Of a stretch of 64,000 nt of DNA, positions 1-9,480 are shown one piece after another (position 1 is the first letter of the stretch; each line of letters opens with the position of its first letter). The notes beneath the pieces were generated by a model. It was not told the origin of the DNA. It made no database searches and worked only from the letters and a program-made list of their open reading frames with translations. A program made the position numbers and the translations under genes. Source of the stretch: Bacteroidales bacterium (GTDB taxonomy: Bacteria; Bacteroidota; Bacteroidia; Bacteroidales; VadinHA17); the NCBI GenBank assembly GCA_011620595.1, contig WOYX01000024.1:10984-74983 (forward strand), written 5' to 3'.

Positions 1-1257
1 GGAGAAGGGATGAAGAAGGTTGTATGGAGGGCTGAGGACATTGTCGATTTTGCCTGGACAGCCTGGCCCGGATATCATGTAATGAAACGGAGATGGAGGG
101 ATGTGGATATCACCTTCCTGGCTTCCGAAAAAGGCATTCGCAAGGCAGACCAACAGTTTGAGGCTGTCATTTATGCCCTGGAGTATCTTGATGAGAGGGT
201 AGGGCCCTACCCGTGGCCGCACCTTACTTTTGTTGATCCTCCCATGTCCGGCCAGGGTGCGGGAGGCATGGAATACACAACGCTCTTTACCACTTCGGGC
301 GGCGGGCTGTTCCCGTCATTCATAAGGCTGCCGGAGATGGTCACCATTCATGAGTTCGGACATGCCTATTTCATGGGCATAATGGCTAACAATGAATTTG
401 AGGAGCCCTGGCTCGATGAAGGGATAAACTCCTACTGGGAGCAGCGCATTGTAGATGACAGCTATGGTGACGGTTACGGGCTGATACGGCTGCCATTCAT
501 GAAGATGTCGGACGCCGACCAGGGGAGGATGAACTATGTCGCTTCACCCAGCCGAACGATCTCGACCAACGATCTGCCGTCGTGGATGTACCCTCACGGT
601 ACCTATTCCATGATGTCATACAGCAAGGCCGCCACCTGGCTGCATACTCTTGAGGGTATAATAACCACTGAAACAATGGATAACGTTTTTCGCGAATATT
701 ACCGGCGCTGGGCTTTCCGCCACCCCTCCGGGCGCGATTTCATTGCTGTGGTGAATGATGTTGTAAGAAGTGAACACGGTAACCGGTTCGGTGAAGATAT
801 GAACTGGTTCTTTGACCAGGTTCTGTATGGCCATGAGGTATGCGACTACATGGTCTCCGGCATAACCAGCAATAAGATAAGAAGCTATTCGGGAGTTGTT
901 GACGGAGACTCGGTTACCTATGCAAAAAGAGACCGCAGGAGCGACACTCTCTATTTGTCACGGGTGAGCCTCGAGAGGCCCGGAGGTCTCATTCTGCCCG
1001 TTGAAGTACTTATAGGTTTTGATGATGGCAGTGAGATACTTGAAACATGGGATGGCAAAGCTGCCTGGAAGGATTTCGAGTATACAGGCACAAAAAAACC
1101 GGTGTGGGCCAGGCTCGATCCATATAATAAGATCGATATGGATGTCAACCGCATCAACAATTCATGGACACTTGATGCTGAACATGCTACCGCAAGGCGG
1201 ATGATGAACAAGTTCTTTCTGTTAATGCAGATGATGATCTCGATTTTCACAGTTTAA
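1..1257 (+). CDS. M1-family (gluzincin) zinc metallopeptidase; 5' end probably lies outside the window
   Basis: ORF 10..1257. The frame stays open back to base 1. It carries TIHEFGHAYF, then exactly 18 residues after the second His the Glu of WLDEGINSYW, giving the HExxH-X18-E signature of M1 peptidases. Confidence 0.7.
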   Translation, partial: GEGMKKVVWRAEDIVDFAWTAWPGYHVMKRRWRDVDITFLASEKGIRKADQQFEAVIYALEYLDERVGPYPWPHLTFVDPPMSGQGAGGMEYTTLFTTSGGGLFPSFIRLPEMVTIHEFGHAYFMGIMANNEFEEPWLDEGINSYWEQRIVDDSYGDGYGLIRLPFMKMSDADQGRMNYVASPSRTISTNDLPSWMYPHGTYSMMSYSKAATWLHTLEGIITTETMDNVFREYYRRWAFRHPSGRDFIAVVNDVVRSEHGNRFGEDMNWFFDQVLYGHEVCDYMVSGITSNKIRSYSGVVDGDSVTYAKRDRRSDTLYLSRVSLERPGGLILPVEVLIGFDDGSEILETWDGKAAWKDFEYTGTKKPVWARLDPYNKIDMDVNRINNSWTLDAEHATARRMMNKFFLLMQMMISIFTV

Positions 1258-1267
1258 ATTTTCACCC

Positions 1268-2122
1268 ATGAGTTTTTTCAGCACACTTAAGAACGGAGCC
1301 ATAGCAACAGTATCTTCCTATAAACTGATACTGGTTATCTGGATCACCACACTGGTGCTTAGCATGGCAGCAGGTTACCCTATGATGGTCATCCTAAATT
1401 CCATTTTCGGCAACAGCATGATAACCGGGAACCTCAATAACGGGTTTGATATTGCCCTGGCCGGTGACATGGGTAAACCATTCGGTGCCCTGTTGGCATC
1501 TGTTGCTGCGGGTGCAATGCTTGTTGTTACTGCAGGTTTCTTCCTGATGGTATTCTTTGCCGGAGGTCTCTTCAAGCGCTTCACCATTGCCGGGGGAAGG
1601 CTGAAGGTGTCAGAATTTCTCAGGTCTTCTGCTTCCAGCTTCATCCCCTTTCTCGGGATCACCCTCCTTATGATGCTGATAGTTGCCGGCTACACCCTTG
1701 TGGTGATAGGTATCCCTGCATTGGTAATGTTGCTTGTCTCGGGCTCGCAGATGCCTTCGGGCAAGGGCATTTATGCTTTCTATGCCATATGGGCTCTGGG
1801 CATGCCAGTATGGCTCTTTATTGCAGACGCATCGAGGAGGTGGATTTCAGCTACGGGCTCACCTCATGTCTTCAGGGCCATGGGTGCTGCTTTCAGGGCA
1901 CTCAGGGAGAGGTTCTGGCATTATTACGGCATCGTCCTGACAATTGTGCTTTTAAATACACTTCTGGTAATCGGAATTCTGTGGTTTTCTGCTATTGTAA
2001 CACCTGATAAAGGGATAATGGTCTTCCTCTTCTTCCTTGCAACACAGGCTCTGGTGTTCATCCGGTTGATGATGAAAGCCTTGAGGTATGCAGTTGTGAG
2101 CAGGGCAATACAACAGGAATGA
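1268..2122 (+). CDS. Multi-pass integral membrane protein, function unknown
   Basis: 284-aa ORF starting 11 nt after the peptidase stop. It has several long hydrophobic segments (LILVIWITTLVLSMAAG, AGAMLVVTAGFFLMVFFAGG, ITLLMMLIVAGYTLVVIGIPALVMLLV, IVLTIVLLNTLLVIGILWF). No catalytic motif was recognised. Confidence 0.55.
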   Translation: MSFFSTLKNGAIATVSSYKLILVIWITTLVLSMAAGYPMMVILNSIFGNSMITGNLNNGFDIALAGDMGKPFGALLASVAAGAMLVVTAGFFLMVFFAGGLFKRFTIAGGRLKVSEFLRSSASSFIPFLGITLLMMLIVAGYTLVVIGIPALVMLLVSGSQMPSGKGIYAFYAIWALGMPVWLFIADASRRWISATGSPHVFRAMGAAFRALRERFWHYYGIVLTIVLLNTLLVIGILWFSAIVTPDKGIMVFLFFLATQALVFIRLMMKALRYAVVSRAIQQE

Positions 2123-2294
2123 CAGATCGGTTCAGTCTGGAAGCCCATCGGCTGACTCGTCTTTGATCTGTTAGCAGGGAAGCTCTGATTTCTGAAAAAA
2201 TGTTAAAAAGGGAGTTTTGGTGAATAAAATCATGTTTTTCATTGATCTTACCTCTTATATTTCACCAGACAAGGAACCGTTTTTTTTAACCTAA

Positions 2295-2315
2295 AAAGTG
2301 TAACAATTACACTTT
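2295..2315. promoter_or_regulatory. Perfect 9+3+9 palindrome AAAGTGTAA-CAA-TTACACTTT, 31 nt upstream of the BNR gene start
   Basis: Read directly from the sequence: the 2295-2303 arm is the exact reverse complement of 2307-2315. Candidate operator or 5'-UTR hairpin. Confidence 0.4.
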
Positions 2316-2345
2316 CAATCTGATAACTAACCAAAAAATACCAAC

Positions 2346-4724
2346 ATGGCAAAGAGAGCTTATTATTCAATTGTTGCCAGAGCATTATGTGTTCTGTTCC
2401 TGACAGCGGCATCGGCAAGTCTGCAGGCGCAGGCAAAGCAGCCGGTCCTCAAAGGCACTGACAGGGTTGCAATGTTCAGCATCCAGGCTGAGATGAGGGC
2501 TTCGTCGCCCTATAAGGATATGCACTGGCAGTATATCGGCCCCACCAATATCAGCGGAAGATGCACTGATGTTGAGGCGATCTCACCGCGAGGCGGACAG
2601 TATGTTATATGGGTGGGGTCAGCTACCGGAGGAGTATGGAAGTCGGTCAATGAGGGAACCACCTTCGAGCCGGTCTTTGATGAGATGCCCACGGCCTCAG
2701 TCGGTGATATTGCAATTGATCCAAAGAACCCTGATGTGGTTTGGGTAGGCACCGGCGAGGCCAATATTTTTCGCAGTTCCAACGCCGGGTGCGGAGTCTT
2801 TAAGACCACTGACGGCGGTCAGACGTGGAGCCTTGCCGGCCTTGAGAATACGCATACCATAGGGAGGATCAGAATTAACCCTGAGAATACTGATATTGTT
2901 TATGTCGCATCCCCCGGTCACGAGTGGACGCCGAATGAGGAGAGGGGCCTTTACAAGACTGTCGACGGCGGCAAGAGCTGGACGAAGATTCTTTCAGTGA
3001 ATCAGAATACCGGTGTCTTTGACATCGTCCTTGACCCGCGCGATCCCAATACCATCTATGCAACCACATGGGAGCGGATCAGGCTCAAGTGGAATGACCC
3101 GCGCACCACTCCCGACACCCGTCACTGCGGGGTGTGGAAGTCGGTTGACGGCGGCAAAAGCTGGAAGGAGATAAACGAAGGGCTTCCAGCCCCGAGGCAC
3201 CGCGGACGAATTGGAATTGACATCTCGCTCTCAAATCCTGATGTGATCTACATTCTTCTTGATAACTATGAGATAGCCTATAAGGCGAAGCCCGAGGAGC
3301 TTGACTCGTATGGCCGCCAGAAGCAGGATGTCATCAAGGGTGCTACTGTTTACCGTTCAGACAATGCCGGGGCATCATGGAAGCAGGTCAGCGGACTCAC
3401 CGAGGAGACCAAGGTTTACATGGAGCGTCACTCGGCGACCTACGGCTGGGTCTTTGGTCAGATCAGGGTTGACCCGAAGGATGAGAATACCGTCTATTCG
3501 ATGGGTATCCAGCTCCACCAGTCTGTCGACGGCGGCGCCACCTTCAAGCCTCTGCGTGGACCTCATGCCGACCATCATGGTCTCTGGATCGATCCGAACA
3601 ACCCTGATTACCTGCTAAACGTACAGGACGGAGGCCTTACCATCTCATACGACAAGGGGGCAACATGGAAGTATCCCATTGATGTGCTTCCTCTTGCACA
3701 GTTTTACAACATAGCTTATGACTTCAGCGTGCCTTTCAGGGTCTTCGGATCAATACAGGATCATCATAGTTTTTACGGCAGCGTCGATATCTCACGCGGG
3801 CGCGACAGGGTGATGCCGGTGAAGTTCACCAATACCCTGGGGGCTGAGGGTAGCTCCCATGCCGTTGACCCCCGGGATAACAACACAGTTTACTCCAGCA
3901 CATTCTACGGAGCTCTTGCGCGGGCTGAGATTGACAACTACCCTGCCAGCCGCAAGGATCTACTGCCGGTAAGGTATGCCGAGGAGCCGAGGCTTAGAGG
4001 GCAGTGGGTAGCTCCCACACTTCTCTCACCCCATAATCCCGATATCGTATATCACGGCATGCAGTACGTAATGATGTCACGCGACAGGGGAGACACATGG
4101 GAGTTCATCAGTCCCGACCTTACCTTCAATGATCCGAAGAAGATGGGGGACATCAACTACCAGACCATCCAGGCGCTCGACGAGTCGCCTCTCAGGGCAG
4201 GACTTCTCTATGCGGGGACCGATGACGGCAGGATCTGGCGTACAAAGGACGGAGGCAAGGTCTGGACGGAGCTTAAGCCGAAAAACGTCCCGGTCAGATG
4301 GGTGTCGCGCATCGTGGCATCAAAATATGATCTCGGCACCGTTTATATGACGCAGACAGGGAGGCGCGATGACGATTTCCAGGTCTATGTCTGGAAATCA
4401 ACTGATTTCGGAGATACATGGACAGATATTTCCGGCAACATTCCTGTGGGCCCGGTTAACGTAATAAGGGAGGACCCCGTGAAGGAAGATATCCTGTATG
4501 TTGGTACGGATGCTTCAGTCTATATCAGCAAGGATGGCGGCGCCAGGTGGGATGTGCTTGGTGACCTGCCCTTCGCCTATGTTCATGACCTGCAGGTACA
4601 CCCACGTGACAACATGATTATCATTGCCACTCACGGGCGAGGCATGTTTGTGCTTGATGCAAATCCTATCAATGAAAAGGACAAGATCAGGTGGCCCAGA
4701 TGGGAACCTGTTGAATCAGAATAA
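2346..4724 (+). CDS. Secreted BNR/Asp-box repeat protein (sortilin/VPS10-like or GH74-like beta-propeller)
   Basis: Signal peptide (ALCVLFLTAASASLQAQA). At least 10 Asp-boxes of form S/T-x-D-x-G-x-T/S-W/F: TTDGGQTWS, TVDGGKSWT, SVDGGKSWK, SDNAGASWK, SVDGGATFK, SYDKGATWK, SRDRGDTWE, TKDGGKVWT, STDFGDTWT, SKDGGARWD. Confidence 0.75.
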   Translation: MAKRAYYSIVARALCVLFLTAASASLQAQAKQPVLKGTDRVAMFSIQAEMRASSPYKDMHWQYIGPTNISGRCTDVEAISPRGGQYVIWVGSATGGVWKSVNEGTTFEPVFDEMPTASVGDIAIDPKNPDVVWVGTGEANIFRSSNAGCGVFKTTDGGQTWSLAGLENTHTIGRIRINPENTDIVYVASPGHEWTPNEERGLYKTVDGGKSWTKILSVNQNTGVFDIVLDPRDPNTIYATTWERIRLKWNDPRTTPDTRHCGVWKSVDGGKSWKEINEGLPAPRHRGRIGIDISLSNPDVIYILLDNYEIAYKAKPEELDSYGRQKQDVIKGATVYRSDNAGASWKQVSGLTEETKVYMERHSATYGWVFGQIRVDPKDENTVYSMGIQLHQSVDGGATFKPLRGPHADHHGLWIDPNNPDYLLNVQDGGLTISYDKGATWKYPIDVLPLAQFYNIAYDFSVPFRVFGSIQDHHSFYGSVDISRGRDRVMPVKFTNTLGAEGSSHAVDPRDNNTVYSSTFYGALARAEIDNYPASRKDLLPVRYAEEPRLRGQWVAPTLLSPHNPDIVYHGMQYVMMSRDRGDTWEFISPDLTFNDPKKMGDINYQTIQALDESPLRAGLLYAGTDDGRIWRTKDGGKVWTELKPKNVPVRWVSRIVASKYDLGTVYMTQTGRRDDDFQVYVWKSTDFGDTWTDISGNIPVGPVNVIREDPVKEDILYVGTDASVYISKDGGARWDVLGDLPFAYVHDLQVHPRDNMIIIATHGRGMFVLDANPINEKDKIRWPRWEPVESE

Positions 4725-4847
4725 AACAATTTGACATCTGCTTTTCTCTAATTCTCCTGAATGTGTGTTGATTTAGGTGGTTGCTTCAGGAAGGGAAATG
4801 AGCTGGTAGCTTTTAAAACTCTATTTAATAACTAAACCAATCCAAAA

Positions 4848-7800
4848 ATGAGGAAAATTCTGATGTTTTTCGCAGTGATCCTTGTCACCGGCTCTGTGGC
4901 TTTTGCCCAGACGCGGCAGATACAAGGGACTGTCACAAGTGCCGAGGACGGTTCAGGGGTTCCCGGGGTAATGATCCAGGTCAAGGGTACTACAGTGGGG
5001 GTGATGACCGATGCTGACGGCAAGTATGTTTTAAATGTTCCTGCCGAGTCAAACACGCTGGTATTCAGTTATGTGGGAATGAAAAAAGTGGAGGTGGAGA
5101 TAATAGCCGGCAGGAACACCGTGGATGTTGTCATGGAGCCAGATACCCAGGTTATGGACGAGATCGTCGTCACCGCCCTGGGTATCCGCACCGAGAGGAA
5201 GGCGCTGGGTTACTCCACCAGTGAGGTTAAATCAGATGCCCTGACAGCCACCAAGACCAACAGCTTCGCCACCGCGCTTAGCGGTAAGGTGGCAGGGCTG
5301 AACATCTCCACAACCTCGAGCCAGGCTGGCAGTGGCACCAGGATAGTGCTCAGGGGTGGTTCATCTATCACCGGATCAAACGAACCACTTTTTGTGGTTA
5401 ATGGTGTCCCGTTTGATGCAGACAACTCAGGCTCCTCATCGGGTCTTGCTGATATAGATCCCAATGCCATTGAATCACTCAGCGTGCTAAAGGGTGCAGC
5501 AGCATCCGCACTTTATGGCAGCCGTGCTGCTAACGGTGTGATCCTAATCACACTCAAGTCAGGGGAGGCAGACTCCAAACCTGCCGTATCATTCAAGCAC
5601 ACATCATCTTTCGACAAGATATATGAAATCCCGTTGCAGAAAACATGGGCTCAGGGAAATTTCAGCATGTCAACATATGATTGGACATATATTAATGGAG
5701 AAACGCAGTTCACTTCGACTTCCTGGGGACCGCGCATCGCTGATCTTGACGGCGTGGAATACTATGACAGGTGGCAGGTCTTCCGTACCGGTTACACAAT
5801 GGACAATACCCTTAGTTTAACAGGTGGAACCGACAGGTCTACCTACTTTGTCTCATACTCAAATACCAGCAACGATGGTGTGGTTGGTCCGCTCGGGTAC
5901 AAGAGGAACTCGGTGAACGCCAATACAACATTCAAGTTCACTCCCAGGCTTACAGTTTCGTCAAACGTAATGTATTCAAATCAGGATATTGACCGTATGG
6001 AGGAAGGTAATGCCAACTATACCTTCATGAATACTCTCCTGGCCTCACCGCCATCATGGAACCCCTATCCCATATACAGGGAAGACGGAACCCTCAGACT
6101 CTTCAGGGGAGGCGGCCGTGATCCATATCTCTACACTCTTCAGAGTACCGGTAACAACATCAAACGCGACAGGTTTGTGGGTTCAGCAACCGTGGAATAC
6201 AAGATTGCTGATCATCTGAGTTTCAGGTCGGTGACCGGAATAAGCACAAACATGTCTGTCTCGCAGAACTACAAGAACAAGGGAGGCTTTGTTGAAACAC
6301 AGGGTGTCTTTAACCGATATAACAGGAGCAGTAAGGACTTTGAATCAACCGAAATGATTACCTATGAGAACACATTCGATGATTTCTCGGTCAATGTAAT
6401 GGCAGGTCATAATATAGTACAGAACTATTGGGACGGTATGCAGTTCGAAGGCACTGGCCTGGTTGTGCCGGGAATCTATAATACATCAAATGTATCGACC
6501 TATACTTCAGAGGCTTCCTACGGAATGTTCAGGTCATGGTCACTCTTCGGCGAGGCGCGTATAGGTTACAAGAGCATGCTCTATTATACTATCACAGGTC
6601 GCAATGACTGGGCGTCAAGTATTAACAATGATTATTTCTATCCGAGCCATAGCCTTGGTTTCGTTTTCAGTGAGTTGACGAAGGACTTTAATTTCCTCGA
6701 CTTCGGTAAGGTCAGGCTAAGCTATGCAAAGGTGGGAGCACCTGCTTCGGCATACACAACCAACGTTATTCTTTCACAGGCTGATGCACAGAGTTGGCTG
6801 GGCCATTCATGGCCTTTCAACGGTCAGAACAGCTATCTGCCAAGCTCAACCTACCCCAATCCTGATCTTCAAAATGAATTCAAGAGTGAAATTGAAGGAG
6901 GGCTTGAAATGAAGTTCTTTAAAAACAGGCTGGGTATTGATCTTGCCATATACAAAAACTGGAGCACCAACCAGATCCTGTGGCAGCAGTTGCTTAACTC
7001 AACAGGTTACAGCGGCGGCTGGATAAATATAGGTGGCATCACGCACAAAGGTGTTGAACTTGCAGTAACTGGCACTCCGGTGGAAATGAAGGACTTCAAA
7101 TGGAATCTTTCCGTCACCTGGGCAAAAGACAATTCAAAGGTTGATGACCTTGGTGAAAATGATGAGCCTATTGATCTCGGTTCTGCCGGGTGGGCAATTG
7201 TCGGTCAGCCGTATCCTGTAATCTACGGTGATGCTTTCCTTCGCGATGATGATGGTAACCTTGTATTGAATGATCAGGGTTCAACTGGTCAGGACAGAAC
7301 CATTTATGCAAGGCCAATTATAGATCCGCGTGGAAGAAAAATATTCGGAAAGATTGAGCCCGACTGGCTAAGTAGCATCAGGAACACTCTTTCATACAAG
7401 AACTTCACCCTGATGGCCCAGATTGATATTCAGAAGGGAGGGCTGATAGATAACTTTGATGAGCACTACCTTACATTTTATGGCGTGTCTGTTCTCCAGG
7501 AGAACAGACCTGAAGACAACCGTATAGTCTTCGATGGGGTTATGGGTCATTATGATTATACAACCCAGCAGGTTGTCGTTACCAATCCGGTCAACACAGA
7601 GTGGACTTATTACAGCAGTTATTACCAGACTGTGTGTCAATCAACCGAGGAAGACAATATCCAGCCTCGTGACTTCATAAAGCTGAGAGAGGTAAGTCTT
7701 ACTTACCGTATGCCTTCAAAGGTGTCAGAATCACTTCATCTGAATGGTCTTGATCTGTCACTTTCAGGCAGGAACCTGTGGAGGAAGTTCAAAGATGGAT

Positions 7801-7916
7801 TCTCCGGGCCTGACGTTGAGACCAACACCTATGGTGTTTCAAATGGCAATGCATGGTTCAACTACAGTTTCCCTTCCATGCGTACATACACTGTTACTCT
7901 TAGTATAACCCTTTAA
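4848..7916 (+). CDS. SusC/RagA-family TonB-dependent outer-membrane transporter
   Basis: 1022 aa. Signal peptide, then an N-terminal carboxypeptidase-regulatory-like domain (IQGTVTSAEDGSGVPGVMIQVKGTTVGVMTDADGKYVL) and a TonB-box-like DEIVVTALG. The plug motif is LKGAAASALYGSRAANGVILITLK. The C-terminus is beta-barrel-like, and a SusD gene follows 11 nt downstream. Confidence 0.9.
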   Translation: MRKILMFFAVILVTGSVAFAQTRQIQGTVTSAEDGSGVPGVMIQVKGTTVGVMTDADGKYVLNVPAESNTLVFSYVGMKKVEVEIIAGRNTVDVVMEPDTQVMDEIVVTALGIRTERKALGYSTSEVKSDALTATKTNSFATALSGKVAGLNISTTSSQAGSGTRIVLRGGSSITGSNEPLFVVNGVPFDADNSGSSSGLADIDPNAIESLSVLKGAAASALYGSRAANGVILITLKSGEADSKPAVSFKHTSSFDKIYEIPLQKTWAQGNFSMSTYDWTYINGETQFTSTSWGPRIADLDGVEYYDRWQVFRTGYTMDNTLSLTGGTDRSTYFVSYSNTSNDGVVGPLGYKRNSVNANTTFKFTPRLTVSSNVMYSNQDIDRMEEGNANYTFMNTLLASPPSWNPYPIYREDGTLRLFRGGGRDPYLYTLQSTGNNIKRDRFVGSATVEYKIADHLSFRSVTGISTNMSVSQNYKNKGGFVETQGVFNRYNRSSKDFESTEMITYENTFDDFSVNVMAGHNIVQNYWDGMQFEGTGLVVPGIYNTSNVSTYTSEASYGMFRSWSLFGEARIGYKSMLYYTITGRNDWASSINNDYFYPSHSLGFVFSELTKDFNFLDFGKVRLSYAKVGAPASAYTTNVILSQADAQSWLGHSWPFNGQNSYLPSSTYPNPDLQNEFKSEIEGGLEMKFFKNRLGIDLAIYKNWSTNQILWQQLLNSTGYSGGWINIGGITHKGVELAVTGTPVEMKDFKWNLSVTWAKDNSKVDDLGENDEPIDLGSAGWAIVGQPYPVIYGDAFLRDDDGNLVLNDQGSTGQDRTIYARPIIDPRGRKIFGKIEPDWLSSIRNTLSYKNFTLMAQIDIQKGGLIDNFDEHYLTFYGVSVLQENRPEDNRIVFDGVMGHYDYTTQQVVVTNPVNTEWTYYSSYYQTVCQSTEEDNIQPRDFIKLREVSLTYRMPSKVSESLHLNGLDLSLSGRNLWRKFKDGFSGPDVETNTYGVSNGNAWFNYSFPSMRTYTVTLSITL

Positions 7917-7927
7917 TATGAGGTCAG

Positions 7928-9397
7928 ATGAAAAGGAATCTTATTAAAATCAGCATAATTGTTCTGGCTCTGTCAATGATGACCTCATGCCAGAAGTGGT
8001 TGGATATTGATTACAATCCGAATGCCATTACCGAATCGCCAGCTATTGATGAAGGCGTATATCTTACCGGCGTTGAGTCAGAATGGGCTCAGCAGGCCGT
8101 AACTTTTTTTGTATGGTGGAACGGCATGAAGGACTGGTTGCTCTGGTATGCACCCGATGGCACCCAGGGATATGAGACCAGGTTTGAGATCTCAACCGAT
8201 TACGGTATTGAGATATGGGGAGCTTACTCGGGCGCACTGATGCATTCCAATGCCCTTCTTGAAAAGGCAAGGGAAAACCGAAACAAGAGGTTCCAGGGTA
8301 TCGGGGCAGTGATCACCGCATGGCATTGGTTCAATATGGCGGATTATTATGATCAGGCGCCACTGGATGAAGCGCTGAAAGGCGCGGAATTTCCGCATCC
8401 TGCAGTCAACACCCTTGAGGAGATATATACTCATGCCAATGCCCTTCTTGATGAAGCCATTCAGTGCTTTACAGCCAGTGATCCGGGTGACCTTTTGCCT
8501 ACTGCAGCACAGGATTATATATACGGGGCTGATTATGCGAAATGGACCCGTCTCTGCTATTCTCTAAAGGCACGCTATGCTATGAGGCTGACCTATCTCC
8601 CGGGAAAAACACCCGCCGGACAGGCAGACCTGGTATTGCAGTATCTGGAAAACGGCATGCAGAACAATGATGACATGTGCGCATGGGAACACCTGGCAAG
8701 CCTGCAATATGACAGCTATATCTATGAAGAGTCACTTTATGACTACTCCGCAGCCGGCATGACACCCTCGATATATATTGTCAACCTCCTTAACAGCCTT
8801 AATGATCCAAGAAGAATGATCTTCTGGACTGAGGCCGAAGTCGGAGGTTATATCGGTCACCGTAGCGGTACCTCTTCAATAGCCGGTGCCAGACCCTCAA
8901 GGTGGTCAATGAGTTACTGTACCCAAACCTACCCTGATATGATAATGATGTATTCCGAGAACCTGTTCCTGAAGGCTGAGGCACATGCACTCAAGGGTGA
9001 ATACGGCCCTGCTGAGACAGCTATGAAGGCAGGTATCAGGTCTGATATGGAATATCACGGTGTGGCTGAGGCTGACATTTTAAGTTACCTGGCACAGCCC
9101 TTGCTGACCATGCCTACAAGCGTTGAAGAAGCTCAGGAATTGATAATGACACAGAAGTACATCGCCAATACCTTTGAGACTACTGAATCATATTTTGATT
9201 TCATACGGACAGGTTATCCGAGGCTTGATTTCACCACAATCAACCAGGTAATCAATGTCAACACCTTCCCCAGAAGGAATCCCTATCCGCCGGACGAGAT
9301 AGAGAAGAACCCGTCAATTGCAGCACTAGGGCAGCCTGACTATTTCCTGAAAGGGACTGCATGGGACACCAAGCCCTTCAGTTGGAGGTCCAAATAG
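7928..9397 (+). CDS. SusD/RagB-family nutrient-binding outer-membrane lipoprotein
   Basis: Lipobox LALSMMTSC followed by QKWLDIDYNPN, a typical SusD-like N-terminus. 489 aa, immediately downstream of SusC. Confidence 0.85.
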   Translation: MKRNLIKISIIVLALSMMTSCQKWLDIDYNPNAITESPAIDEGVYLTGVESEWAQQAVTFFVWWNGMKDWLLWYAPDGTQGYETRFEISTDYGIEIWGAYSGALMHSNALLEKARENRNKRFQGIGAVITAWHWFNMADYYDQAPLDEALKGAEFPHPAVNTLEEIYTHANALLDEAIQCFTASDPGDLLPTAAQDYIYGADYAKWTRLCYSLKARYAMRLTYLPGKTPAGQADLVLQYLENGMQNNDDMCAWEHLASLQYDSYIYEESLYDYSAAGMTPSIYIVNLLNSLNDPRRMIFWTEAEVGGYIGHRSGTSSIAGARPSRWSMSYCTQTYPDMIMMYSENLFLKAEAHALKGEYGPAETAMKAGIRSDMEYHGVAEADILSYLAQPLLTMPTSVEEAQELIMTQKYIANTFETTESYFDFIRTGYPRLDFTTINQVINVNTFPRRNPYPPDEIEKNPSIAALGQPDYFLKGTAWDTKPFSWRSK

Positions 9398-9419
9398 TTA
9401 ACAGTTCTGATCCTAAAGG

Positions 9420-9453
9420 CCGCTGATGGGCTTTTCATTGGCGGCTTTTTTTT
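9420..9453 (+). terminator. Rho-independent terminator after SusD
   Basis: Stem CCGCUGAUG (9420-9428) pairs with CAUUGGCGG (9436-9444): 9 bp including two G-U pairs, with a 7-nt loop. A run of 8 T follows at 9446-9453. Confidence 0.65.
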
Positions 9454-9480
9454 ATATATATTAATACAAATACCCGAATC

